Shown here one piece after another: positions 29,152 through 44,845 of a stretch of DNA of 64,000 nt. The first letter of the stretch is position 1. Each line of letters opens with the position of its first letter. A program made the translations under genes and the position numbers. Source of the stretch: the human T2T-CHM13v2.0 reference genome, Homo sapiens; the NCBI RefSeq assembly GCF_009914755.1, contig NC_060925.1; one strand, written 5' to 3'. Under the pieces are notes generated by a model. The model was not told the DNA's origin. It did not search any database and saw only the letters and a list, made by a program, of their open reading frames with translations.

Positions 29152-29680
29152 TGTTAGGCATAATAATGCTTCCCCAATCCCTATTGCCCTGCCAAAGAGT
29201 CTACATGTCCTAATCCTCGCAACCTGTGATTGTTACCTTATATAATAAAAAGGTCTTTGCAGATTTGATTAAATTAGGGACTTTTAGGTGGGGAGATTAT
29301 CCTAGATTATCAGAGTGCGGCCAGTTTTGTAATTCAAAGGTCCTTAAAAATGGAAGAGGGAGGCAGAAAGAAATTTGACTACATGAAAGGAGGTCAGAGT
29401 GATGCAATGTGAGGAGGGTTCAATTTACCTTTCCTAGCTTTAAAGATGGGGCATGAGCACCACGTCAAGGAATGTAGGCTGCCTCTAGAAGTCACAAAAG
29501 GCGAGGAAATTGATTCTCTTCTAGATCCTCTAGAAGGAACGAAGTCCTGCCACACCTTGATTTTAGCCCAGTAAGACCTATTTTGCACTTCTGACCTCAA
29601 GAATGATAAGTTAATAATATTGTTTAAGCCACCACCAATTTTGTGGTGATTTGTTATAACAGCAAAAGAAAATAAATGCA
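29152..29680 (+). mobile_element. MLT1D-like LTR
   Basis: tgtcctaatcc...gagattatcctagattatc...ccttgattttagcccagt...ttgttataacagca. Confidence 0.85.
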
Positions 29681-30195
29681 AGTGTTCTTCCTAAAGGTTT
29701 TCAAATCAAGAAGCTACCTTGCTAGGTCAGACTTTGGTGTTTAGATTAATTATAATCCTGAGCTAAATTTGAAGGAACTCCTCAAATCCCTAGGGATTCA
29801 AGAGTCTTCCACAAGTTTAAGGTATAGACATCGAGGATTTAAAAAAATGTAACAGTGACTGGAGTTTCCCTATGAAGAGGAGTTCATGATTAAAGTATAT
29901 TGTAGCTGTATTTTAACTTATATAGGCTTTCATTTAAGAAACTGTATAGACAGCTCAACAGCTGTCTCTACATCTTTTAGAAAAACAAAAAAGTATTAAT
30001 TTACTGATAGTTATTCAGAGTAGGTGAAATGAGAGACATCCCATAAACATTTAGTAGCATAGCAGAACTAATAACTCTATTTCTTGAGCTCCTCCACTTG
30101 CTGGAACTAATAGCTATGAATCTAATGTGCCTTCATTTCTCTCAAATTTGCAACCTAGCTTAGATAGGGGCCTTGGTAAATATTGGATTTGGTAA

Positions 30196-31212
<1,017 letters not shown>

Positions 31213-31238
31213 AGTAAATATCAGTAAAAAGTAAGTAA

Positions 31239-31531
<293 letters not shown>

Positions 31532-32771
31532 AAATTACTCACTTTTAAAACTTTAAATATAATTTCTAATTAAGTATGATTTCGTAGACATTACTAAAAG
31601 AAAAATGTTGTGGGAAAGGTTAAGAAACAAGATCTAAATAACAGTTTTTAGAAAGGACATTTTACAATGTGGCATATACGGGTAAGCACTGGTTCTATTT
31701 ATCATTGAAGAATAGTGAAAAGAAAATTTAACATATCTCAAAACTTTTTTGACTTGTGTAGTTTTTTCAGACACTTTAGACCTTTAAAATTTGCATATTT
31801 TCTGAACTATTACTGTATTATGATAGAGATTATCATATATTTTCAGATAATGTTTTAACAATTCAACTTTTATTTGTAACTCTTCCATTTATTTTAATTA
31901 CTAGCACAGTGTGCAACATTTATTAATCAGCAGAGCCTTTTTAAGTTAAAATACTAAATTAGCTAACCCCATTAACACAGAATACTCCAAACAAGCAGTA
32001 ATAGGAGAGGTAGTTACTGTGCAAATCGTATTATACATGCGGGTGCTCTAGGGCACAGTTAAGCATGATTACCCTCTTTTGATCCAGTATTCCTCTGCCT
32101 CTCCCAGCTAATTTCCAGTGGAAATTTACAAAGTGCTGCCTTCATTTTTCCAGCTTAATTTTTCTAATGAAGTTCTGGTACTTTATAACACTGGGGATAT
32201 AGATAATAAGCCTGTGTATAATTAAGAAGTTCTAGAATTTGTCTACAAAAGAGCCCTGTATTACTTTGGCTGTATAGTGAGAACTGTGCTCTCTTTTTGT
32301 CCACTGTTTCTCTGAAAGAAAAAAAAAAGTTTATTTTAAGTAAATGACCACAGAATACTAGAATTCTATTCTTACAGACACCTGCGTCTAAAGAAGCTTA
32401 AGATTTTAAAAATCTATACAGTTTGATAATTTGGAATACTTTCAGTGATATGCTTGAGAATATGTACTTTTAGTATATATCATCAGACAAGTCATAAAAA
32501 GACAATTTTAATATTTGGACTTTATGTGGTAGAGACATTCATAAGACCAGCACAGTGTTTTAGGCCCTGAGTGAAAGATCAGATAGCTTGCAGTTATCAC
32601 TCTGTTAGCTATGGAGATGTTTTAGAAATGGGAGTCAATGGGGTCAGAGGCCAGAGTCACTGGGGCCACAGTCCAGGTCAGAGATGAAGAGGACTTGCCA
32701 TAGAACTGAGACGTTGGTAATGGAGGGTAGAGAAAGGTTGAGAAGCTGCTTTATAGGTAGGATCCTGTAAC

Positions 32772-32973
32772 CAGGGGTGTCCAGTTTTTTGGCTTCCCTG
32801 GGCCACACTGGAAGAAGAAGAAGAATTGTCTTGGGCCACACATAAAATACACTAATGATAGCTGATAAACTTTAAAAAAAAATCACAACAAATAATTTTT
32901 AAATGTTTGAAGAAAGTTTACAAATTTGTGTTAGGCTGCATGTGGCCCACGGCGCATGGGTTAGACAAGTTTG
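32772..32973. mobile_element. MER30 (hAT-Charlie)
   Basis: caggggtgtcca...ggcttccctgggccaca...ggaagaaga. Confidence 0.85.
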
Positions 32974-34011
32974 CTATAAACCCTAAATCAGATTTAGGGG
33001 TGAGCCTGATATGGTCTGGATGGTGTGGTCAGAGGCACAGATGCATTTAGGATCACTGTCTCAGAGCTTTCTTACTCGCAAAGAACAAAGATCCATTCAA
33101 GGAAACTCAAGAAACTAAGGGGGTGTTTAAAAGATATATTGAGGAATTTTATAGAGATATAAAGACCCAAAGAAAAACTGGACTAAGATGAGTAGGGGGC
33201 TGTAAAGACATGGCGTTCTCCTTCTAGTGGCATCTCTTCCTTCCTCTGCACCTTCATCTGCTTCTTTCTACTGACTAGCTTAACTGATGACTTGTAAATC
33301 ATAAACTTTCTTTCCCATAAATCTTTAGCTTTCACTTAGTTACCACCCAGGCCTAATTCAATATAACCTTCCAGCTCTAGAACCCACAGCTACTTCTGTT
33401 TTTCAGTTCAAATTTCTGAGAGAGAATCTGTTTTGCTCAATTTGTGTTAACAAATTTGCTCACATACCCCATAGGCTTGGAACAAAATAGACAATAAATA
33501 AGGGTTAAGTTAAAGGTCTATTAACGTACTAATAGACCACGACTGTGGTCTCGGGGAGGGGTGTCCCATTATATCAAATACAGTTTTTTTTGTGAGAGTA
33601 GAGCCACAAGCAAGAATCTCCTCAGATTGAGGAGAGCAGAGGCAGGAACGTCCTCTCATGCCCTGACTTGATGGCTTCTGACTTAGGTGACTGGCTAGAG
33701 GATGATGTTCTGACTTATCTAAGAAAAAATATATAAGAAGCATTGCAAATTTGATAGCATGGAGGATTTGGATATGAGTTTAATTTGGAGGCAGCTCTAT
33801 TTGAGGTTCCTCTAGTGTATCAAGGGAAATATCCATAGTGAACATTTGAAAACACTGTTCTTCAGTTAAAGAAAGATATTGTGTATTGAGATAAAGATTT
33901 AGAAATCATCAGTTTAGAGGTGATAGTTAAAACCTTGGTGGTGGAATAATCCCTCAGGAGAAACTATATAGAGAGAAGATTACAGATTTCTAGGAATTGC
34001 TTTAATGTTAG

Positions 34012-34324
<313 letters not shown>

Positions 34325-34639
34325 AGGACAGTTTTAGTCAGGATTGCTTAACTGCATCACCTTGAGGTTTAAAAATATATGCATATGAATTCCCAAGTCT
34401 CAATCACAGTTAGTTTGGTTCAGTAGGCATATATATTTGCAAAATATGCCCAGGTGATTCAAATGCACAGTTCTGGTTAAGAGTCATTACTTTCAGATAT
34501 TGGCAGAATACGAGTCAGTCAAGAAACAGAGACAGCAAGAAAGAGAACCAGGAGCGATTGTGCAAATAAAAGAGGACTGGCTACAAGAAGTGAATGAACA
34601 GCTTGATGCAAGTTCAAATTCAGTGAAAACTGAAAAGGA

Positions 34640-34960
<321 letters not shown>

Positions 34961-36167
34961 CTAAAAAGGATATCTAGGATTTGGCTATTGGGGAGTCATT
35001 CATTAGTAGATTTTACTTTCCCCTGTGACTATCACCTAGTTGTTACTTCTCCTGTATTTTCTTTGGGAATTAACATCACATTAAGCCCTCTATATACTGT
35101 AGAATCTATAGTCTTCTGTTTAAAAATCGTTTTGTTACATCTTTGGTACATTCACAATTTATTAAGAATAACTAATGGTGATTTGGTGATCTCATACAAA
35201 AGCTTGCACAGTAATTTAAGATTTAATTTATCTTGTCAGGGACCTTAAAATCATTGACGGAGCTACTCACTTTAAAATTCTAAACCAGAGATTGCAAACT
35301 AGTAGCTTGTGAGCTGCATATGGCCTCCTGGGTGTGTTGTATTTGGATCCCACAATATTCTAAAAATTAGATAAATTGAAAAGTAATTAAAAATGGCAAT
35401 TAAATTATTTAAAACTCCAGATTTTACCGCTTATAGCAAAAATCAGGAGATCTAGAAGGAGCAGACTCACAGTCTGACATGGCAACAATTGATTAAAACT
35501 TGGACTCTTTGGTTTACATCTGACTCGTTTATGTTACCTGCCTGGCCCTTTAACAGAAAAATAAGAGAGCCTTGTTCTGGACGATAAGCTTCTCAACAAC
35601 AGAGCCCCTGACTTATGCACTACACTTAGCACAATCGTTCACAAACAGTAAGTGCTAAGAGGTTTTTTAAGATTGAATTTTGACTCTTGAGCTTGAACTA
35701 GATTTTGCTTGTTTTAGCCTAACATATCAGATCACAAAAATCATTCTCATTAAAAACAAGTCAAGCCAAAAAATGAAGTCAATTATGATTTCTCTTTGAT
35801 GTTTATTAATACTACGCTAACAGTCTCAGTAATAGGCTTGTATTTTCTTTTGTTGTTCTTACTATGAACATGATTTTCCAAATTATGTCTCTTAAAAAAC
35901 TAGTCTTAAGACTAATGTTAATGAGTTTCTTTCAAATAAATTTGGGGAAAAATTACATTGAAAACACTTAAATGGATTTTTGGCACTTACAGGGCTTCTC
36001 AGTCTTAAATATACTTTTATTTGATGTGACTATCAAAGAGGGGAAATATAATACAGTATATAGCATTTTGCAAGTGTATTCACTCAACAAATATTGCATG
36101 CTGACTATATGCCAGGCACTACATTAGGCATTGAGAACATAGCAGTGAGCAAGACAGACAAAAGTCT

Positions 36168-36475
36168 CTTTTTTTTTTTTTTTTTTTTTTTTTCGAGACA
36201 GAGTCTTGCTCTGTCGCCCAGGCTGGGGTGCAGTGGTGTGATCTCGGCTCGCTGCAAACTCCGCCTCTGGCGTTCAATTGATTCTTCTGCCTCAGTCTCC
36301 CAAGTAGCTGGGACTGCATGTGCCCACCACTACACCTGGCTAATTTTTGTATTTTTAGTAGAGACAGGGTTTCACCATGTTGGCCAGGCTGGTCTTGCAC
36401 TCCTGACCTTAGGTGATCCACCCACCTCGGCCTCCCAAAGTGCTGGGATTACAGACATGAGCCACCGCCCCCAGT
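36168..36475 (-). mobile_element. AluS inside an L2 3' end
   Basis: TSD gacaaaagtct. Confidence 0.93.
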
Positions 36476-36602
36476 GACAAAAGTCTATTGACTTCATGGA
36501 GCAAATGGCCTAGTTGGCCATGAGTCCCCTCATCTCATCCCCAGACCATAGTTTGGAATACGGTGCTCTGGATATAGTTGTTTGTATTTCTTGACACCTT
36601 CT

Positions 36603-36889
36603 ATTTATTTATTTATTTATTTTGAGACAGGGTCTCAGTCTGTCACCCAGGCTGGAGTGCAGTGGCATGATCGTGACTCACGGCAGCTTTGACCTCCAGG
36701 CTCAGGTGATCCTCCCACCTCAGCCTCTCTAGTAGCTGAGACTACACCTTCTCACCACCACGCCCAGCTGATTTTTGTATTTTTTGTAGAGATGGGGTTT
36801 CACCACGTTGCCGAAGCTGGTCTCAAACTCCTGGGCTCAAGTGATCCACACACCTTGGCCTCCCAAAGTGCTAAGACTACAGGCGTGAG
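36603..36889 (-). mobile_element. AluJ
   Basis: J diagnostics (ggctcaggtgatcctcccacc, ctgggctcaagtgatcc). Confidence 0.9.
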
Positions 36890-38005
36890 AAGTTTATGTT
36901 CTTTAAGTGATTTATATAAGTCCGTAAAATATCTAAGTTCATCATTTTTAGCCATTTTTGAAACTTTGTTAGTTTAAAACATTTGATGTAAATGGCCTAA
37001 AAGAAGAGCCTATGTGAATGCTATTTAGTTGCGGCCTTTAACTTTAGTATCTTTTAGCAGAGATTTTTAAAAATATTTTTCACAATCAGAAGAAAATAAA
37101 GTGAACTCTGCAAAATATATATCAGAAATTTGTTGCATAGATGTAATGAAATTACTGAGCCAAGGTGATTTGAGATTGTTAATAATAATAATAATAATAA
37201 ATCCAGGGAAATGTATTCCTCTGAAGCTAAGAAAAATGTAAGGAAAAGGGAAAAATATCTTTCCAGTTAAATTTAGAAGCTTGCAATATAAGCTTACTGT
37301 TTAGTTGAACAGATAGTTTTGCCACTTGCATTCTTTATATTTAAACATTACATTTCTGTCTCCACCCTGGGGGGAAGATATTGCTGCCTAAATAGTTCAT
37401 GAGTTTTAAATTTGTACTATGAATTCTACTCTAAGTATAAAATACTGTGTGTATTAAGCGCTTATAGCTATGGTTTGTCCTCAACCATAAAGGAAGTCTG
37501 TCTAATTTCTATTCCAGATTGTTGCTCATTTTATTAATATCTCTTCAACAAAAACTCCACTAATCTATGTTTTGAAATCTTTCTGTTCATACTAATGAGC
37601 TATATATTAGGTTTACCTGGACATTTAGGTGGTTAATACATACGGTAAAGATGCTTTTTATTTTTCATGTTGAAGGTAATGAAAAATAGACTGTTATTTA
37701 TTTGCTGACCTTTTAGTAAAACTCAAACTATTCTGTGTCATAAAGGACAAATATTCAACAACTTATGGCCCTTTTTAATGGGCCATAACATGGTTTGTTT
37801 TTCTAGAAGGAGCAAAATTATTCATTATTAACTATACTTACTACAATTGTAAAACATGTCTCATCCTATTTCAAATATTGTTGCCAAATAATTTGTATAT
37901 TTCCAATTACACGTTCTTTCGAAATGCTTTGCCTTAAAAAAGCTTGTGATTGGTTTATGAGAACCGGGTCATCTGATAATGAGATCAGGCACGAACTGGT
38001 TATAA

Positions 38006-38355
<350 letters not shown>

Positions 38356-39674
38356 TAAATTTACTGCTTTCTATATTATAATAATGGTTAAAATATTAGA
38401 GTTAAGATTAATTTTTGAGCAGGTGTACTTTTATAACATAAACATTTGCTGTTTGTTGATTCATTTATTAAATTAAATCAATGTCATTTACCCATATTTC
38501 CTCTTTACATTCTTGCATCAATTCTTTCCCAACTTTTAAACGTAGGTGTCTTTGCTTGTCAAATCAAGTTTTGTAGAACAGAGTACAGATTCCCTTCCCT
38601 TAATACGTCTGGAGTGGAATTTTTCTATTCTTATTTTCTTCATCCCAATTTAAATAACTGTTCTGTTTTGAACATTACTAAGCTCTTACTCCTTGAGACT
38701 TCTTTAGAAAGTATTTTAGATAGACCTTTTAAGCAGATATTCTGGGATGACCCCTAGCAGCCCATCCTATATCCCTATTTAGGAGTTCCTGTCCTTCCAG
38801 TGTTGTTAATGATTGGCATGAGGAGGCTGCTCATAGACTAACATCTTTATTAATGAAGCTTGTGATCTTTTGAGAATGTGCTAAAATTTTGCTATAAGAA
38901 CAAAAAGCAATTGACATAATTCCTACTTTATGTAATTTAAAAGATAAAACTATTGATTTTCTAAGAGATTCTTTGTCATTTATTACCCCAGTAGTGCATG
39001 CTAAAGAAATAATAGCATCTTACAGTCACTCTTATTAGAAGTAAACTACTACTTGAACGTATGATGTTCAATTACTCAAATATTGCAACAATAAAATTCA
39101 TAAGACCTTATTTGCTATTCTGTTATCTCATTATATTTTCTTGTCTGTAAAGGATAGGAGGTTTTCAAACTTGAAAAGTAAATAATTTTATACCTACTTT
39201 GAGAATAAGAAAAAGTATGTGTTTCTCTTTTCCCACCTGAAAAAGTGTATGTGTCAATAGTCACTTATTGTTTAAGAGTCTTGTATTTATTTTATAATTC
39301 ATAAATATGAAATCTCTTCCAATAGAAGGTGGAAAATGTCAGACTTCTGTGGGCATCAAATGATCATAAGGCATGTAATTTAGCAACAGAGTTTAGAGAG
39401 AGGAATGTGATAATGGGTGTCCACCTTGATCCTCAGTCTTAATTAGCCTTTGTAATGCTGTGGCCAAGTCAGCCCTCCAAAGAGAGAGCCAGTGTAGCAC
39501 CTCAGTGATGGTTACAGGGTGTGACAGGAGTATCTGCAACTGGGATAATATTCTCAGTTGCATGGAGATGCAACATCCATCATAGAGAAGTTAAGTAAGA
39601 CAATACGAAACTGCTGAAACTTGTACTGATAGGAGACAATATAAGCACCCTGGCAACAGCATTCTATTTTCTGT

Positions 39675-39743
39675 CTTTTTTTTTTTTTTTTTCTGAGACG
39701 GAGTCTCACTCTGTCGCCTAGGCTGGAGAGCAGTGGCTCGATC
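39675..39743 (-). mobile_element. Alu 3' fragment (~70 bp)
   Basis: T tail + gagacggagtctcactctgtcgcc...; no TSD. Confidence 0.85.
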
Positions 39744-42518
39744 TGTAAGCATAAGCACAACTGAATATATACTAAAAACTGGTAAAAGAATATCGTTTTA
39801 AAGTAATTGATAATTATGTAAAATTTTACTATAAATCAAAGTGATTTTTTAATGTTAGTAGCTATTTATACTTTATAGAGCAAATCTGATTTGAGAATTA
39901 AATAATTTTTTCCTAATTTGAAGATAAATGTTATTTAAAGATTATAAAATATCTAAATATTTTTGAGTATACATACATGCACATATATATGTACAATTAA
40001 GAATATGTATATATGTTACTTTCATGAAACATGATGGCTAAATGAAAGTAGAGTTAATTCACGAGCAGGGAAATACCCAGTCTTCCAGCCTTGTCGTCTC
40101 GGCCATTCATTCCCTTGAGAAGGCAAATTTTGTTCAGACACAAAAGAAAAATGTACTATTAAAATGCAATTCAGAAGTGATAAAAACTGTAAGTGCAGCA
40201 GCCGGCTCGCAGCACCTCCTTTGTATACTCAGGGACATTGGGGCCACATTAGTTTGTTTGTGTGTGATGTCCATCCCACATGCAAATTAGCACTGGAAGG
40301 ACCATAATCTATCTTATATGAGAGCTCTTTTCCCAAGAGCATACGTAATACATGCTTCTGTAACTTTGTATAATTCAAAGCTCTGTATTCTGTTTATTTT
40401 TTATTTTAAATAGTGTTAGAAAATATATTCTTAGGAAAAATATTAAGAATTAATTTATTAATAAATATTAAAAAGAAATTGCAGAGAGGTATTAAAATTG
40501 ATGAAAGAATTCTACTTTTTCTAAGTTTATTAAATGGCAAAAATAATAATTTTCCATTGAATTTAGACTTTTAAGAACACCCTTCTTTATCTTAACTAAA
40601 TTAGATCATCTGTGTGAAAATTTTGGCATATAGTAATGGCTCAATAAATATATGTTGAACCTCAACTTTTTTTTTAAGTCTGAATTTCAGAATATTTTTC
40701 TCAGGAGAATATTTTATTTTGCTATTTATAGTTTTTATTTCCCAGAGCTTCCACTTTTCTCTAAATGTTTCTTTTATTTAAAAAAGCATCCAACTTTTAT
40801 TTCATTAATACCGTATCTCCTTTGATTATATGTGTTAAAAATTTCTGAATTTACTCCTGTTTGCTGCATTATGATGTCTGTTTCCTCTAGCTTATTCCTT
40901 ATGTTTGGATTTCTGTCCTTCTTCCACGTTGATTATTTTCCCACTGGTAATTCATTCTTAAGTTTATATTAAAAGGGAAAATATAAAAATTAGATTAGAA
41001 ACTCTATGGGTGTAAAAGAGTGGCTTTTTGATAGATTTTATTATACTCTGATACAGCTTTTTAATCAAAACATCCCCAAATTGTTGATATTTGAACTCGT
41101 TTCTCTGAGAACTGTCATGTCTTTTCAGAAGATGCAATCAGTCTTCTGAAGGATATAAGTCCAAGCTGCCAGTGCACTTAAGAGACGAGCAGGGAAAGAG
41201 TTCAATGGCCAGTCTTTGGATTAAAATCTACATATTCCATTTGGTGCCTCCCCTTAGCATTCCTCTATACGTGCTTTCCTTGAGACTAGAGCTTTTTGGT
41301 GTAAATTTTTCTGAGAATAGGCTCTTATGGATACATGGACTGGGACATGAACCTGGGGATTTCATTACTCCTTACATAGACTTTCAGCTGTTTTCAGCTT
41401 CATTCCTTCTCTCACTTTCTGCAATAACTGTAGATTTAGTTCCTGAGCTTTTCCATGGTTCTGCAGGACAAATTGCCCTGTTTCTCTTTGACATCTCATT
41501 CTTCTGGCACTTAGATTTCAGTTTTCTTAACTCTTTTGTGTCATTTATGAATTTTCTATCTTCCTTCCACCTGCTAAAATTAATTGGTATTTTCAATTGC
41601 TCTTTCTTATTTTCTGTCCTATTTCTTCTTATAGGTTTATAACTTTTTAAAAAGATTTATTTACTCTTATTTCAGTGTGTTTTGGTGAGGGATCTGGGTT
41701 ATACTGAAAGCATATCACAATCTTAGATGTTCTGTGAGAGTTTATATGGGTTTTAAAAGTTTGGTCTTTTCTGTTGATCATAAAAATATCTAAAGTAATA
41801 ATGATGATGGTAATGATAATGGTTGCTGCAACAGGTTCCTTCGATTTTTACATCTGCTTTTAGCACCAACATTATTTATTGGACACATTTTTTTCAGCCT
41901 CCATGTTAAATACCTTACATAAATTAAGTTGTTCATTCATTGTAATAACCCTATATGGAAGTCAAGGCTCATTCAGGTAACTTGCATAGGGTAATACAGC
42001 TAGCAAAGCAAAGCTAAGATGTGATTACAGGTCTGGCTGGCTTGAAGACCCCATTATTCATAACTGCTACCACTACCAATAATGCCACCATTATTGAAGT
42101 GACTTAAAATTGAAGAAAGCCTACTTCAGTAAGAATTGACTGTACTGGCTGTCCTTTTGATTTAGGGATACTATTTTAAAATTAAGAACATTTTCATTTA
42201 TATGATGAATTTTGAGTTTTTGGCATAATTAATTCATAAATGTATTATTTAACATTATCTCTATATATAAAATACTTGAGACTCACAAAAATTCTGTGAA
42301 GAACATTTTAGTATCTCTATTTGCAGAATAGAAAATAAAGATTAATAGAAGTAATTAACACAGATAATCAGTGGCAGAGGTTGAAATGGAATCTAGGTAT
42401 TCTGATTCTAAATCTTGTATCATTTTCACTGTACTATAGTACTTCTACAAAGCCTTATTTTAAAAATCAAATGTCTCTAGAAATCAAGTTAAGAATAGCT
42501 CTTAAATATTTCTTTCAG

Positions 42519-42651
42519 GTTTTTGCCATTTTCTTCATACCATAAAAATGAAAAGTACATCCCATCAATGCATTTATCAAGCAAGTATGGTCCTATTTCT
42601 TACAAAGAACAATTCCGAAGTGAAAATCCTAAGAAATGGATCTGTGACAAG
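42519..42651 (+). CDS. SPATA17: SPATA17 internal coding exon (probably exon 9), 133 bp, phase 2-0
   Basis: Acceptor tatttctttcAG, donor AAG|gtgagt. First G completes the split ATG, then FLPFSSYHKNEKYIPSMHLSSKYGPISYKEQFRSENPKKWICDK. Confidence 0.95.
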
Positions 42652-43715
42652 GTGAGTTAACAAAACATTTTAAAAAGTTATTCCTTTTTAAAAGCTAGAA
42701 ATATACATTAATTAGAGCAAATATAAATATTCTTATTACAATTAAGATCTTTATGGTAACAACATTTTTTATAGCTGTTTTAGGTAAAGATGGTGCTGCT
42801 GACCTATGTAAGATTTTTTTTTTTCAGTATTGTATTCTTAAGTTTTATGACTTAGCTATAACTTAGCTGCCCTAGGATCAAAGGCATGGATCATTGGCTT
42901 TGGCATATGACCAGGTGGTCAGGGCTTGAGTATGAGGTCACAGAATGGAGTTAAGCTAACTCTCAGGCATGGAGATCAGGGCTTGTTTGCTCTCTCTCAA
43001 TCTATGTATGTATGTTTATAGATAGCTAAATAAAGAGGAGGGGAGAGAAGACAAGCATTATATAAAACATGATGTATAAATGTATAACATACATTTAACC
43101 TGCATATATGTATATGTGCAACTCCTGAGTGTCATATGCACTTTCATAACAGGTACAGCACGTATATGTGGCACTTATGTGATATATTAGTCTATACTCA
43201 GACTGCCACAACAAAGTACTATAGACTATGTGGCTTCAAGCACAGACATTTATTTTCTTACAATTCTGGAGGCTGGAAGTCTGAGATTACTGCCAACATA
43301 GTTTCTGGTGAGGCCTTTCTTCCTGGCTTGTAGACAGCTACCATCTCCCTGTTTGCTCATATGACCTCTTCTCTCTGGGCAGAGAGAGAGCAGGCTGTCT
43401 TGTATCTCTCCCTGTAAGGGCACTAATCCCAAGGGACCAGGACTCTACCTTCATGACCTTATTTAACCTCAATCACCTCCTTACAGGTTCCGTCTCTAAT
43501 ACAGTCACATTACAGATTAGATATTCAACATATGAATTCTAGGGAAACACAATTCAGTTCATAGCCTTCCATTCCTGGCCCCCAAACTCATGCACTCTTG
43601 AATGCAAATACATTCTTTCCATCTCAAAAGCCACAAGAATCTTAATACATTTAGTACCCACTCTAAAGTCTAAAGTCATATCTAAATCATAGGAACATGA
43701 CAAGGGTGCCCACTC

Positions 43716-44012
<297 letters not shown>

Positions 44013-44442
44013 TCAAGGATGCCCAGTCCTTGAGGCATTCAGTATAGTACTGGAAGTCCTAGCCAGAGCAGTTAGGCAAGAGAAAGAAAGAAAAGGCATC
44101 CACACTGGAAAGGAAGACATAAAATTGTTTGCAAATGACATGATCTTAAATATTAAAAACCCTAAAGACTCCACCAAAAGACTGTTAGAACTAATAAACA
44201 AATGCAATAATGTTTCAGCATACAAAATTAACATACAAATATTAGTAGCATTTCCATATACTAACAACGAACTGTTCCAAAAAGAAATCAAGATAATAAT
44301 CCCACATAGGAATGAATTTAACTAAGGAAGTAAAAGATCTGTACATTGAAAACTATAAAATACTGATGATATAAATTAAAGAAGACACAAATAAATGGAA
44401 AGGTATTCTGTGTTCATGGACTGGAAAAATTTAATATTGTTA

Positions 44443-44845
<403 letters not shown>

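Noticed and set aside
41172-41642. Longest ORF in the track (156 aa, hydrophobic)
   Set aside because: GTG start, T-rich old repeat-like sequence, no recognisable domain or splice context.
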